The notes beneath the pieces are model-generated. The model was not told where the DNA came from. It made no database searches and was given only the letters and a program-made list of their open reading frames with translations. 64,000 nucleotides of DNA, from contig MCFE01000002.1 in NCBI GenBank assembly GCA_002104905.1, positions 124,001-188,000 on the forward strand, read 5' to 3'. A program made the translations under genes and the position numbers. This DNA is from Basidiobolus meristosporus CBS 931.73. Its lineage: Eukaryota > Fungi > Basidiobolomycota. Positions 1-14,202 of the stretch are shown here, one piece after another; the first letter of the stretch is position 1; each line of letters begins with the position of its first letter.

Positions 1-270
1 TCGATCACAAGCAAGGCTTTTGATCCCGGTGTATGTTGGAAGTGCACCAGATTATCCGATTCACATCATGAAGTTGAAACCAAATACTTTCACCGTTGAC
101 TGATTCCACGTCGCAAGTTTTCAGGAGAACCTCTAAAAAGTATCACGCCAAGTCTGGGAGAGGCCTTTACGCTGTTGGATGTATGGTACCCTAGCAACTT
201 CATGTCAATGAGCTATCTGATTACTTCCCTTCTTTCAGTACCTAAGCTTCAAGAAAAAAGGTGCAATTAG
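1..270 (+). CDS. Probable 3' exons of an unknown gene entering from the left edge
   Basis: Two GTATGT/GTATGG...CAG introns can be removed to give an open frame RSQARLLIPVRTSKKYHAKSGRGLYAVGLPKLQEKRCN*, stop at 268-270. No family recognised. Confidence 0.3.
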
Positions 271-729
271 CAATGCGCGTGATTAATTGCTTCGCTTATT
301 TATGAAGCCTGGCCTCGTGTTTACTCTATTAGCTTCGATCTTTCCACCCTTCCAACATCCGTATAGTTCTGAAGAATATTCATAATATATGTAAGCGTTG
401 CTCCAAAGCCCCAAATTGGGAACGTGCCTTTGTAAAGCTGTCGAATACTTGTATTTTGTTTGCTGAGCATAAATATTCATGCCCGTTAACTTGACTGTTC
501 ACTTCGAAGCTCCTCTCACTTCCCATATGCTTTTGGCCTGTATTTTCCTCGGCCCTGTCTCACGTATGGAGTGATTTTATTTGTAGTTTTTACACATATA
601 TACCTAAATTCTTCACTTTGTGGTCAAATCCACGATACCTTATCAATCGGGCAACTGAACATTGTGGAGTGTATTACCAGCCGGTCCGACATCATTCAGT
701 GCTCAGTACTTACTCAAGTGTCAACAAGC

Positions 730-1080
730 TAAATGCATCGTTACATAAATTGCCATCTCAAAACCACCATAAACTTCGAAGTATATTAACTGATCAGCAT
801 CAACTTTTGCCCCCCATGGAATATAATATCAATGCTCCCTGGCAAAAATAGGGGCCAGGAAGATTATATAAATGAAATACAATAGACTTCACGTGAATGC
901 CTAGAGGCACTATATAGTCTTGGAAGTGATTTGAGAAAAATTGGTAGAAATGGTGCGTTTGACTTGTTTGTTGATTGCGTAAGAATAGATATTCTGGTAT
1001 AACTTGGTACAGATGCCTATTGGAAAGTGTTGCAGAGCATCTTACAAAGATGTTTGCAGAATGCGGAGTCTTTGGGGTAA
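730..1080 (+). pseudogene. Degraded coding fragment of unknown family
   Basis: Protein-like reading ...LRSILTDQHQLLPP/WNIISMLPGKNRGQEDYINEIQ*TSRECLEALYSLGSDLRKIG...DILV*LGTDAYWKVLQSILQRCLQ needs one frameshift in a C-run and has two stops consistent with CAG/CAA>TAG/TAA. Confidence 0.25.
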
Positions 1081-1395
1081 CTTTGGACATACTCAATCAT
1101 TTTAACTTTCATTACACAAAAGGATTGATGATGTATGATATGATTTTCTAGTCTGTATCATATCTAGTATAAAATGCTATACCGCTTATTTGTAAAAGTC
1201 GGGCCGTCTCGAAGTTCATCACTCGAGATCTCGATATATACAAGCAAAAGCGGGCTTGCCAATGTTGGAGTAGGAAAACAGCAGTGAATCAAATTAAAAT
1301 CCCAGTGGCAATCCCTGATGAATACCATACGAAAAACAACAATGTTGACTCTAAAAAAGCAGTGTTAGGGATTTCATTAGAGTATGGTACAATAA

Positions 1396-1752
1396 TGTTG
1401 TGGGACTTTTGGAGATACTGGAGGTAATTAGGTGAATAACATTTAGGTGTAAATACAAAATGTACAACAGCTTTCATTTAACAATTTATTGAATGCAAAA
1501 TTGGTAGCTGTACTTTTACAAGGCTTTGGGACAAAAAAATGTAGAATTTATTTTGATGAAGGTTTCTAGAACATGTGTGCAAAGTCTGGGGTCTTCTGGA
1601 CAACTTTACAAGTTTTGATATTCTGGGTACCTTGCATTTTGGTGAAAATATTCCAAGCAAATCCCAACAAAACATTTGGGCAGCTCAAATAGACTGGGAT
1701 CCAGAAGTCCAAGTTGATGCAATTATTGGGTGTAAGTACAACATTTACAACA
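1396..1752 (-). mobile_element. Solo Ty1/copia LTR
   Basis: TGTTG...CAACA termini. The reverse complement aligns by eye with the LTRs at 16020-16369 and 55685-56032 (shared core TTGTTGGGATTT..GAATATTTTCACC). Flanks AATAA/AATAG form a near-perfect 5-bp TSD. Confidence 0.75.
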
Positions 1753-2713
1753 AATAGGACATAGATCTCAATATGCTCTCTCTATATGCGAAATGGGTTT
1801 CCCCAAATTATCAGCAATCCAAACGTGTTAAGAGGAGTGAAATACTATCAATAAGCCATGCGCAAAAGGTGGTAATGCCAACAACAGAGGGATGACACTC
1901 AAGTTGGAAATCCCCACTAGGGAAGTAGAGGCACTGTCAGAACCAGAAGAAATATCCAACTTCTGCTTTTCTATGCGGTCTCACCATTACACTACACCCA
2001 TCACACTGGCCGATTTGTAGCGATCTGTTGGTTGTAATTAAACAGATGTGTATCAATGCCTTCTTCTGGCATGGATCTCCTCTCCATAACACCAATGTCC
2101 CCCAACAAGAATATCGGTATTCTGTGCATCCCGTGTTGGATGGTGGATGCTCCCTGGAAACGACCTCCGGATTTTTCAGGATCTCAGTGTTGTTTAATGC
2201 TGTGGTCAATAAGAGACTATATATGTACATTGCACATCGCTCCTCCTAAGGATTCTTGTACAGACCAGCTACCCGATACTGCTGAAACTAATCGAATGCG
2301 CCTAAAAGGATGTTTCATTTACATGATTCAAGTGCTGGTGACGCAAATAAGTGATTACTCACATTCAAAATAAGTGGTAGTGTGATTCTTTTAACGAAAA
2401 TAGAAACCTAAGGATTTATCCGCTCTCACACTTAGTAGTGCCACATATGGAACGGAGAACGGGTCAAATATAGGATCTCATGAAGTACAGAAGTTCTTGC
2501 CAGATTTGATTTGTGCTTCGCTCAAGTCTACATCACACAGGATCTGAATCAGTCTCCTCCGTCCCAATATTACATCAGAGAGTGAAACAAGTATTGGAAT
2601 CGGCATCTGAAGTCGCACATCATTTTATTACAAAAATGGACAAGTTGGGAAAACTGAATTAGGGATAAACGTATTGGCGTTCGGAATCAAGTACAGCCAT
2701 CAATAGAGGAATT

Positions 2714-4383
2714 TCACCATGACTGTGTCACGGTGGGTTTCATTTGGAAAGGCGCTACAACATGCTCCGAGGCTTTTTGTCGGCGATTTTCCGACTTGAA
2801 GAAGAGGCCTAGAAAACAAACTGCACTGACCAAGACGGCTGAGAAAATTAAGGAATTCCGCATGTGGTACGGCGGATTAGACTCGGGGCCACCGCGAAGC
2901 GCGTCCATGATAAACATCGTAATAAAGCCAAAAAACTGGGCGACCATCCACAAGATCCCGCTGCTGGTTCCCTCGGCCACCGGATACGTAGTCTCAACAC
3001 CTAGCTCAAGACATACCGGCAATCCCGCAAATGCCAGAAACCCGATAATGCCGAAGTTCACACAAATCCCTACATAATCGTTTTCCCTGACTATCAATAT
3101 CAAAGGTTAGCCCATAAGCGCTCTCGTCAATGGCTGCCAAACCATTCCAAATCCATACCAGAAAAGATGAGCGCGATTAAGCTTAATGGGATCAAGACCA
3201 TCAACACCCTGAGCACTCGTAGGAATTGCTTCGTCCTATCAAGGTATACTCCACAGATACCTACGGACTGTGGTCAACAGATGTCCTCCAGGCATGCACG
3301 ACAACAAATAATCTTACCTCCGCCTACCAATCCGACAACAATCAGGACGACGCCAAAGATACTGCCATCATCATCCGAATATCCGTACGGATTAATGAAC
3401 TCGGACAACAAAGTGACAATATCATTGAATATCCCGACAATAACTCCAAAAACCAGAGCCAGGATCCAAAAGTAACGATGCTTGAAGCAGACCTTGAGAC
3501 CGGGAATGAAGGGGTCGGAAGGCTCGGAAGCGGTTACTGACGGTGGTGTAGCTGGTCTTTTAGGTATTATGAGGGCTGGCAAGGCTGCAACCGTTGAAAA
3601 GATGGCCGCTGCGAGAAGCTACAATAATCGAGTCAGCATGTGCGATGCACCTGTTACGAATCAATCGAACATACAGCATTCGGAAATTGACCAGGTGTGG
3701 CGCACACCGAAGTTGCCAACACCATGCCAACGGCGGCACCCAGTGGATTTGCTAGTTTAAAGAGTTAGGCGAGCCTCGATGTTGAAATACTTCGTCAGCA
3801 TACCCAAAGATGCAACGGTATTGGCCATTGCGCGTTGGTTATCCGGGAACCATACTGCCGCCATTTTTGTTGGAGCATTTAGGACGAATGTTTGAGCTGC
3901 CCCGGCTGTTACCTGTGTTAACAATGTGTCAGATCCACGGCTATCTGTCTGCACAGCCTCGAACTGAATTACCTGGCCTAAAATAGCTAGAGCCAACCGG
4001 GCGCCATTATTCTCCTCATTGATAAAGGTTCCAAAATATCTTATCCAAGCTCCTATTATTTGAAGTCCAGCCCCCACAAGTAAAGCAGGCTTTAAGCCTT
4101 TGGAGTCGAGCACCCAGCTGCTCAATAGAGAGAATATTACAAACATTATCATGTACAAGCTACTTAGTAAATTAATGATGGTCATGGATATATTATAGTA
4201 ATTGCGAGCTTGCAGAGACACTGAGGAGAAGGTTACCCAGATAACCGAGGCAGCAATGTTAAGTAAGAAAACCGCAAGTACTACCAGATATCTTATTTTG
4301 TAAACTTTAAATTGAGGTATCGAGTTGGCCGGAGAGACGTGCTCTTCGATTGAAGACTTATCAACATGTTCCGACTCATACAT
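2714..4383 (-). CDS. MFS transporter, SLC49/FLVCR/DIRC2-like, multi-exon
   Basis: Hydrophobic exons joined by short GT-AG introns (e.g. 3913-3972). Family-type motifs FKVYKIRYLVV, AQTFVLNAPTKMAAVWFP, SLANPLGAAVG and LELGVETTYPVAEGTSSG. ATG at 4383, TGA at 2714. Confidence 0.9.
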
Positions 4384-5320
4384 AATGTAAGGAATAATGA
4401 GTTACAATGCTGGGCTTTCGGAAGGAAGCGATGAGCGCATTATTTATAGCCAGAGAATCTCCCAGGTTGTGAAAGTGTGATTTCCCTTATAAATCCCTGA
4501 TGAAACATCGGTGGAACACGATTATGTGGTAATTTTACATCAGCCTTGCACAGAGTATATACATCAAATATATGGGACCTATTATAACCCACAGTAGGAT
4601 TAATAACTAGCCTTTCGACCCGATTCACCTGAGTTGTTAGAACGAGTAACGTTAATCAGGATTTACATTGTTCAATGCAGCAAATGCGCTTGGAGGGACA
4701 CCCTTTGGGCATGTCTTACTAAACATATCTAGGGTCAATCTGACAAACAATCATGTGAGTCCAAAAACCGAGAGAGAGTTCTCCCATTGCGTGACCATAA
4801 TACAGCAGTCCAGTTGGAAATAGCGTTCACTGGCTGTTAGTCGATGGTCGGGTTGACCAAGGTACATATATAACTATATTCCGGACTGAAGTTATAGAGT
4901 ATACAGCCTAGCTTCCGTACAATATTGCTACATTGATCCCTCTAGAGCCACACTCACTGTTGATGGTTACAACATCCGAAATCCATTCCAAGTCAACACT
5001 GACTAGTTTCCACTCATAATAGTTGTCATCAGGAATTGGAACTTGAATTCTAGAACGGGCTTCTTTGATCATTGGATGTCACGAATGGGTTGCATCAAGC
5101 AAATTACCATATTAATAAACTATTGCTATTTAATGGATGAAATTGAACTGATTTCTTAAAGATACAGATGCGCGATGGACAAGAGACGACTCTTGGGCAT
5201 ATCTTTGAGTTAAGCTTGCCTTAATGGCTATGGTTTGCGCTGGAGGGAGTACCAGGCTTTTCACAAACAATATAAGCGATATATGCATGCGATATTGGTA
5301 GGAATGACCGTATCTAGCGA

Positions 5321-6725
5321 TTACATATTGGTCATCGGAAGAAACTCCTCCTCTTCAGTTTCTAGGCCCTTGGTTTTCTGTCTCATTCTTTCTATTGAGT
5401 ACTTGCACTTCCAAAAAGTCAATATCCTCAGCATCACGAACGTCCTCAAGGAAACCGGAAGCTCTCTTACCTCATCATACGGAAGCTTGAGTAATGTAAA
5501 TATATTTCTAGGCGGGGCTCGCTTCCAGGGATTATCTCGATCAACAAAATAGCTATCACGATTGATCCACTCCCAAGTAGTCATATCCAGGAAATCTTGG
5601 AATAAAAGGAAGCCAGGGTGGTTAGCTCAGAACTGCCAAAATACAACGGTGTCAAGTGATTACATAATTTGGTGTGAAAAGCAACCAGTTGTGTTAGACT
5701 CCCGAAAGTTACCCAGGCAAGAATGAGCACAAGGAAGCTGACACCGACATATCGATAGACATTCTCTCTTTCAACACCCCACGATACGACTTGATAGCAC
5801 AGATTAATGCTCAGGCCAGCTCAACAACGGTCAATGATTGTACTAACCTATCTCGCTGAACTCGATATTTCTAGCAATAGCAAGATACGCTACGTAAATA
5901 CTTAGGCAGACGTAACAAAGCATGGCAAAAAACGAAATGGAAATAAGGTAGCAGAACGGTCTAATAACACATAAAAGTTACATTTTTCGAGCAACAAGAA
6001 AATGGACTCGCGAAAATAATACCGGTAATTTGCTCTTCCGATGCACGTATTGAGCCAGCGACAATGATGATCCTGTCCCGACACACATTTATTACAGGAT
6101 TTGCAATGTCTAGTGGATAGATCTCTAGAAACATACGAGTTTTCAAGGTGTGAGTGGCTTCAAGACAAACCCAAGCAAGCAATGAAATCGGCTTACACTA
6201 CTACTTGACAGACATTGCAGCGGCCATCGTACGGATCAACAACGGAAATGCCAAGCTGCATAATGTATTCCAAATCCCGAGGCTGGTGTGCCTTTGCAAC
6301 ATTAGGATCCATCGTGTCCACCAGGGACGTGTGAAGGCTAAGCGACAGTATGATAAAACCTACTATATAAAAAAGGTAGAATGTGGAGTTAAGGAATCAT
6401 CGGCTGTCTTTCGAAAAAAGGCAATGAAGATATACATATATCAAGAAGTGGTAAAGGATATGAAGAAAAATCCTGTTCTCCAACTACCGGTGAATTGAGC
6501 CAGAAAATTAAAGCCCAAACAAAGGATGAACATAGCTAGCCATTGAATTGTAAGAAGATAGTCCAACGGTAGACTTAGCCCATGGCGTCGGTACCAGGCA
6601 TTTCCTGGTTTACCTCGACCATTGCTAATAAAACAAACAGTGCTCGTGCGCTTTACGGGGAAAGTATTATCACCAGGATCACTTTCTATGGCCTCAACAA
6701 CGGTATCAAACTCAGAAGACGGCAT
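5321..6725 (-). CDS. DHHC palmitoyltransferase, ZDHHC1/11-like, multi-exon
   Basis: Cys-rich domain [33 protein letters not shown]-terminal RRHGLSLPL motif, TM segments and a C-terminal TTWE (TTxE) motif. Exact exon borders not all resolved. Confidence 0.88.
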
Positions 6726-7824
6726 ATTTTCAGGTTAATGCGAGATGTGTTTGGACATGTATACTGTTGTTGTAGCTTGAAAACACTCCTTTAGACTATT
6801 TAACTAATTATTGTTGCGACTTTAATATTGATAAAATAACTATTTCAGGAGCTTAATTTTAATCAATCAATGTATAGGCCAGCATTCTGATGAATACTAC
6901 ATGATAATAGCCAAAGCAACACATCACGTGGTCAGCAATACGGTTACTTATTCATCTAGTAAAACCCACTAGGAACCGAATGCGATTTGTCCGCAATGCT
7001 CTGCGACCTGAGTAGCACAACCTGTTGAGCTGGAACCTTGTGTCCAAGATCTCTCGCGATAATGAGAGTCATAAATCATAACAGTCATTAGTAATTCATA
7101 TGGTGATTGAATAGGACAGATAACCTCAGTGGACTCGACACAATCATGCCAACTGTATATGGATGTCAAACAAGCCATCGTTCAGATAATACTGAGCTGT
7201 CATGCCCAGTGTCTTGCAATATGAAAAAGGAGATTCACAAGCACACAAATGTTTGCGTTGTGATCACCTGGTATGCAATCGCCTGAAGTCACGCTGCAGA
7301 TATGTATCTCTACCATTCGCGTTATATTGCATGAATGTCATCCAAATTATAGTGTATTTCACAAGCAGTACAGTTAAACTCTATTGGCATCTAGCTATAC
7401 CTAATAGTAGCATTCAAAAGCTACTTTATATGCGCCACCTTTTATATCTTTTTGAGCTAATTGATGGGAAACATGCACTAAAAATAAGAATCCTGTCGTT
7501 GGATGCCGCACTCCCCTATGTGATCAAGTCTCCTTGGGCACTTACTCCTCCTGACCTCCCCCTCGACTCCTCACTGCCCCTCTGTCTTTGGTTTTATTAA
7601 AATCTGCTTCTCTTTCCCTTCTTGACCAATTTTACTCAGCTTGCCTCTTCATTCTCCTTCGATTTCTATTGTAAGTGTAGTCCTACAGTCGTATCTATTT
7701 GTGCTGTCTTGAGCCTGCGTACGTGAAGTGTTTAGCGTGAAGCTTGTGGCCAGAATTCAAGTTGCTCAGAGTAGTTTGCTTCGGCGGAAATAGCAACCAT
7801 ATACACCGTGACCGCAACCGTGAA

Positions 7825-9320
7825 ATGGGGTTTTTATTTTCTTCCCTAAAAGGTGGCAACACTCACGCTGTATCCAGCCCCAACACATGTAATACGGAAA
7901 ACATCCCGGACTTCTACATCAATTTCGAGAGTACGTATTCCAAAGAGTATCTGGCGCTAGCTACGCTGAATACCCGTTGCGTTGTGAAAATACGTCTAAT
8001 CCCCCTCATTCTTACAGATCCAACACCATCTCCAGAGGAAGCCCAAGCCTATGAAGCAGTATCAACCATGCTTCGACCTACTTCCTCTATCATTGATTCT
8101 CTTCGACAATACAAAGGGTGTGCTGAAGAAATCCGACAGGTACATATAGAATGAGGAGCGATATCTACTGCGAGTGGAGAAATTCTGCGATATACTGACT
8201 TCGCTCCTCTCCAGGCCATATCCAACCCAAATCCAGAAACGGAGCAAGCGGCTTGGCGAGAATTGACCCCAGCTGTAGCTCATCTTAAGGAATTCTATGA
8301 ATTTGCGGCGACTTTGGGTATGTGTCGAGTGAACGCCGTTCCGTATAGATACAAGTACTTACTAGCTCGTTAGAGGAGGCGATCCCCAAACTGCTCCAAC
8401 CGCTCTGTCAAGGCAATGCCAACCAAAATATTGACAAATTCCACGCATTGGCAAAGGTTTTTGCCGATATACTTGATTTTGTATTTGCATTTGATGAATT
8501 GAAGGTACCCAACCCTGCCTCCACTTTGCATCCGAGCCAATATAGTAACATCATCCTGACGAGATAGATGGCGAATCCAGCCATCCAAAATGATTTTTCA
8601 TACTATCGCCGCTCTTTAAGCCGTCTCAAAATGGCCAATTCAGTAAGTTTGCTCGGCTGGTATCAAGTGGGACTTCATCGCATGCTGATTGCATATCACA
8701 GGCGCAGGCAAGCGAATCCATTGTCCAGGACGAGCTTGCGAACAGAATATCCTTGTTTTACGCCTATCATACACCGATGCTCAAGACTGTCATCGACTCT
8801 GTTACCGAGTTCGTAAATAAGGTCGGTGCCTCTCAAAGCTACCACCGTGTGAATACTTCCTAACACGAGCCCCATCGATAGCAAAGCGAAGGTCCAAACG
8901 TCGCCGATTGCCTATCCACCATCACCCTTGCGTGCCTCAATGTGGTTACTAAGCAAGAGTATGTTTCTCTGTAAGCTAATGAACCCTTCATTACGCTAAA
9001 TTCCATTTTAGGGTGAAGACATCGAAGCTGAACGGTTTCTGTCAGAGAGTCATGGTTGCATGTACTGTATTGTACGACCATATCAAACCCAGTGGTGTAT
9101 ATAATAAGAGCTCGACCATCAATGTAAGGTGAATGGATGCGGTGTTCGTGACAACTGCCTCCCTAATTCGCATTTTATCCAGGTCCGCAATGTGATCAAG
9201 ACAGTTCAGACCCAGGGGACAGATTGCAAGGACACTTTAATCTGTGCACTGCGCTTCAATAGCAAACATTTGAATGACGAGGACACCCCCAAGCAAATCA
9301 AGGCCTTACTCAACGAATAG
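7825..9320 (+). CDS. CYRI: CYRI/FAM49 (CYFIP-related Rac1 interactor, DUF1394), multi-exon
   Basis: MGFLFSS myristoylation-type start and exons reading [58 protein letters not shown] and LRFNSKHLNDEDTPKQIKALL*. Confidence 0.88.
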
Positions 9321-9339
9321 AGAGCATTCTGATGCAGCA

Positions 9340-9750
9340 AACATTGCAATGGTGTATGCAAGAAACTTGTTTAGTGTTGAAACATCTTGGCATTTTAATA
9401 CTATGCTTGATACTTTTCCATGATATTCCCTGGTTCGGTGGCAATTGTTGGCCATGGTATTTTTAAATTGATGCCTGTCATTTGGCTGTTAATTTCTTAA
9501 CAGGCAGACATCCTGGAGATGGTGCACCATCAATTTGTATTGTCTACTTATTGCAAACTGGATTAATCTATTTGTTCACTTTTTTAATGCCATACTGTCT
9601 CCACCTGCTCTGATGCAGTTCTTATAAGGAGTAGTCAAAGACCTCATTGAGTACACCCATCATTGTTCGAATCTTTTGGGTTGTCTTTGTCAAGCATATT
9701 TATGAATATACTGTTGCATCCATCAAGACCGGTTTTTTGATTCCGTACTC
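9340..9750 (-). mobile_element. Degraded Tc1/mariner (IS630-like DDE) transposase remnant
   Basis: Minus-strand reading with many stops includes IQIDGAPSPGC...KIPWPTIATEPGNIME, resembling the QQDxAPxH...WPxxSPDLNPIE motif. The stretch is locally CpG-poor. Confidence 0.4.
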
Positions 9751-10196
9751 AGTTCACGATGATACCTCTGCATATTCATATTGCTACCCTGGGACTTGCT
9801 CATTGACATCACTCGACCAAATTGAGCATGATTTCCTTCGCAATCAATTCAGTCCTCATTTAATCCAAGTGTACACGATCATGAGCAAGACGCGTTCCGC
9901 ATCACGCTCATCGCGTTGCGGTGATCGAATCATCGCATTTCGCGTTAAATATGGTTCTTATTCTATACCCCCAATGATTAAATATCCACTGGGGAAGTAT
10001 TATTTACCATTGTAAAGGGTGGGAATCCTGATTGGCCAACACAGTGACCGTGTTCATATCAACTATCATATGACAACCTTGGGTGATTGGATAACGCCTG
10101 ATGGGCACTCAGTGATGATTATTTTAATGGCGCTTTCAGACGCTGGGTATCGATATTTTGTTTGTTTTCCCCTCGCTTAACTTCATCAAGGAAAAG

Positions 10197-11751
<1,555 letters not shown>

Positions 11752-12095
11752 ATTTTTTAGAGACATTTAATAATTAGTAATAGCATATGTAAAGTGCTTT
11801 CGTAGTTCCAACAACTATCCTAATTTCCGGATATTTTCAACTTGGTAATCTCTGAGGTGGGCAGTGTTCTCGGATTAATTTCAGATCATTATGCATTAAG
11901 CTCAATGGTAGAGGCACTGGCGTTCGTGTATCAAAAGCGCCTATCAGCATAAACAACCTAGACATTCGTCTGCACTGGTAACCAGAACTAGTACCAAAAC
12001 ATGAAGGCAACTTGTAAAATTAAAGTTACAAATTAGAGCGTATTTATTATACACACTGGCAGTTATTTCAAAGTCACATTGAACAATCAGATATC

Positions 12096-12331
12096 CTAAG
12101 AGCGAGATCTGAACAGATTAGGTGCTTGTGCTGAGCGAACGCGGCGAAGACTAGGGTCAGTAGACAGCTTCCAGCTCATAAATCCAAGGCTGCCTGCAAA
12201 CATTGAGAACACATTAGTCTGGTGCTTCTTGAGAAGCTGGTTAAAGTAGCCTTACCAAAAACTCCAGCCCCAGCAATAGCAACTAGAACAACGAGCTCTA
12301 CTGGTTTCTTGGCGGTACGGATGGCAGACAT
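12096..12331 (-). CDS. 57-aa single-TM NDUFA4/MLRQ/B12D-like mitochondrial protein, two exons
   Basis: Exon 12331-12256, a 62-nt intron (GTAAGG...CTAAT...TGCAG, 12255-12194) and exon 12193-12096 give MSAIRTAKKPVELVVLVAIAGAGVFGSLGFMSWKLSTDPSLRRVRSAQAPNLFRSRS*. The P-x-E-hydrophobic helix followed by DPxxR fits the family pattern. Confidence 0.72.
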
Positions 12332-13276
12332 GTTTAATGATCGAGTCCCTCTGCCGGCTTTTTTATACCCAAGTGCTCCATAATGAGCTAGGTTAGATGT
12401 GTTTAAGGGGTACCTTTAATTAATGTGTCACCTGACCGAAGATACATTCTTCAGACTAGCACCAACCTGAATGGGTTTCTCCGCTGTCATTGGCTCCGAA
12501 TTGTACTGCACACGATATAAGGATATAGACCAGCGGGATTGAGCCTATGCTGTAAGTGAATGTGGCTTAGGAGATTGATGTTGGTGGCATAATATCAAAG
12601 GAATCTCAAACAATCCTGTCACGTTTGAGGAGACTTCAGCCATCCCGTCCAAATTTGAAGCCTATCTAATGGAAGATTGGTAAATTGATCACCATTTTGC
12701 TCACATCATGTTTCATCTCCCAGGGAAACAAAAGGTCATATGAGGAGGAGATGGGAGTATACACAGAACTCGAGTTGCTGGATCATTGTTGTCATACCTA
12801 TACAGGCTTCGCTAAGCAGTAGCCAGCGTGACCTGGTTTCAAAGAATACCCATGGCGCCCCGCATAGTTTTGAGTGCATCCAGAATGCATTGTTTGGCAG
12901 CATATCATGAATGCAACTAGTGGCGCTGGGTTGCGCCGACATGACTTCCAACATAATAGCAGTGTACTGGGTTTCAAACAACGGTTCCCAACCCTTCGAC
13001 TAGTGATAAACGGGGAGCCGGATCATGTTGCAACTTGGGAAAGCCATTGGAAATTGTGTTTATTATGAGGTTACGATAAACCAGATGCGCGTATAAGCCA
13101 TTCACCAGTAAATTAGCTTTTCTGGAGTGTGGTGGCCAATTGAGAACCCAATAACCCAACCCACGAGACCGTTGTCTTCTAAAGATTCGCTCTACATGTC
13201 TTGCTCGCATAAAACAAAGTTTCTAGAGTGGTGGAATAAGTATCCTAGCTTTCATTCTCTTCAAGGGGTATGGAAC

Positions 13277-14202
13277 TTACTTGACCAAGAGCGCCTCCAC
13301 CGCCTCTTCGTCGAACCGATCTCCAAGCTCCTCGGTAACTCTGATGAGGTTGGCGATGAGCTCGCCGTTCTTGTATGCTAATATTGCTGGAAGTGCAATG
13401 GGGTCAAAGTCCGGATCTGCTTCGACCGAAGGGATCTTGAGGAATTTGGCGTGTACATATCTGGTAGCTATCCGATCAAGGCAATCATTCATACGTTTGC
13501 ACTCTAGATACCGCTGTTTGGATGCTCGTAAATCACGTTCTGTTTGACGTGTGTGGATGCGTACGAATAAGACTTACATGGTCGTAAAGGTGAATGACAA
13601 CTGGAATATTGGTGGTTTCAGAGTCGATGGCTTCGATATATTGGTCAGAATTGATTCTTTGAACCGTGCCAAAACGAGGTTTGGAGCTATGCAGCCGAAC
13701 TGATTAGCAAGTTTCTTCGACGACGCTTGAGATGTTGGATGCGGAGTGTCTGCAACGTACCTTCTTGAGTGGATCTGACGGATGCGTGATTCACGGTATT
13801 GCTGAAAGAATTCGTCATCCGAGTCTATGTCAGATTCTTCTTGATTGTTTTGCTCTGGTGCTTGTGAGGAGGCCCAGTTGAGTTTCTTCATAAATTCAAC
13901 CATCTTTCGTTCCTCTTTCTCCCCTTCCAGTCTTTTGTGTTGCCGATAATCCGCCATCACACCCTTGGGTCCCGTTTGGGGGCCGTTATGCATTGCCTGC
14001 ATCAGCTTACCAGGGGCATCATCCTATAGACGTCATCAATACAGAACGGGTTAGCGAAGGAGCTCACTTTTCCACCCACAGAAATGCATACTTCTGCTTG
14101 GTTGAATTCCGACTCGCTAATATCGCTATCGTCAGTACGTACAGGCTCTGGATCATCTTGGATGCCGCTATCGAAAACAATACGATCTAACCCTTCAGCC
14201 AT
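13277..14202 (-). CDS. Phosducin-like protein 1 (PhLP1), multi-exon; last exon unresolved
   Basis: Hallmark TGPKGVMADY motif, acidic DSDDEFFQQYRESRI, and thioredoxin-like half VVIHLYD...CKRMNDCLDRIATRYVHAKFLKI...IALPAILAYKNGELIANLIRV. A GTAAGT donor at ~13280 suggests one more short exon. Confidence 0.9.

Noticed and set aside
1900-2700. Overlapping short ORFs downstream of the MFS gene
   Set aside because: No recognisable domain or convincing exon chain.
11895-11945. tRNA-like AGCTCAATGGTAGAG followed by GTTCG
   Set aside because: The spacing is too short and no acceptor or anticodon stems could be formed.
12420-13260. Several 60-85 aa ORFs between the NDUFA4-like gene and PhLP1
   Set aside because: No consistent frame, splice pattern or motif found.
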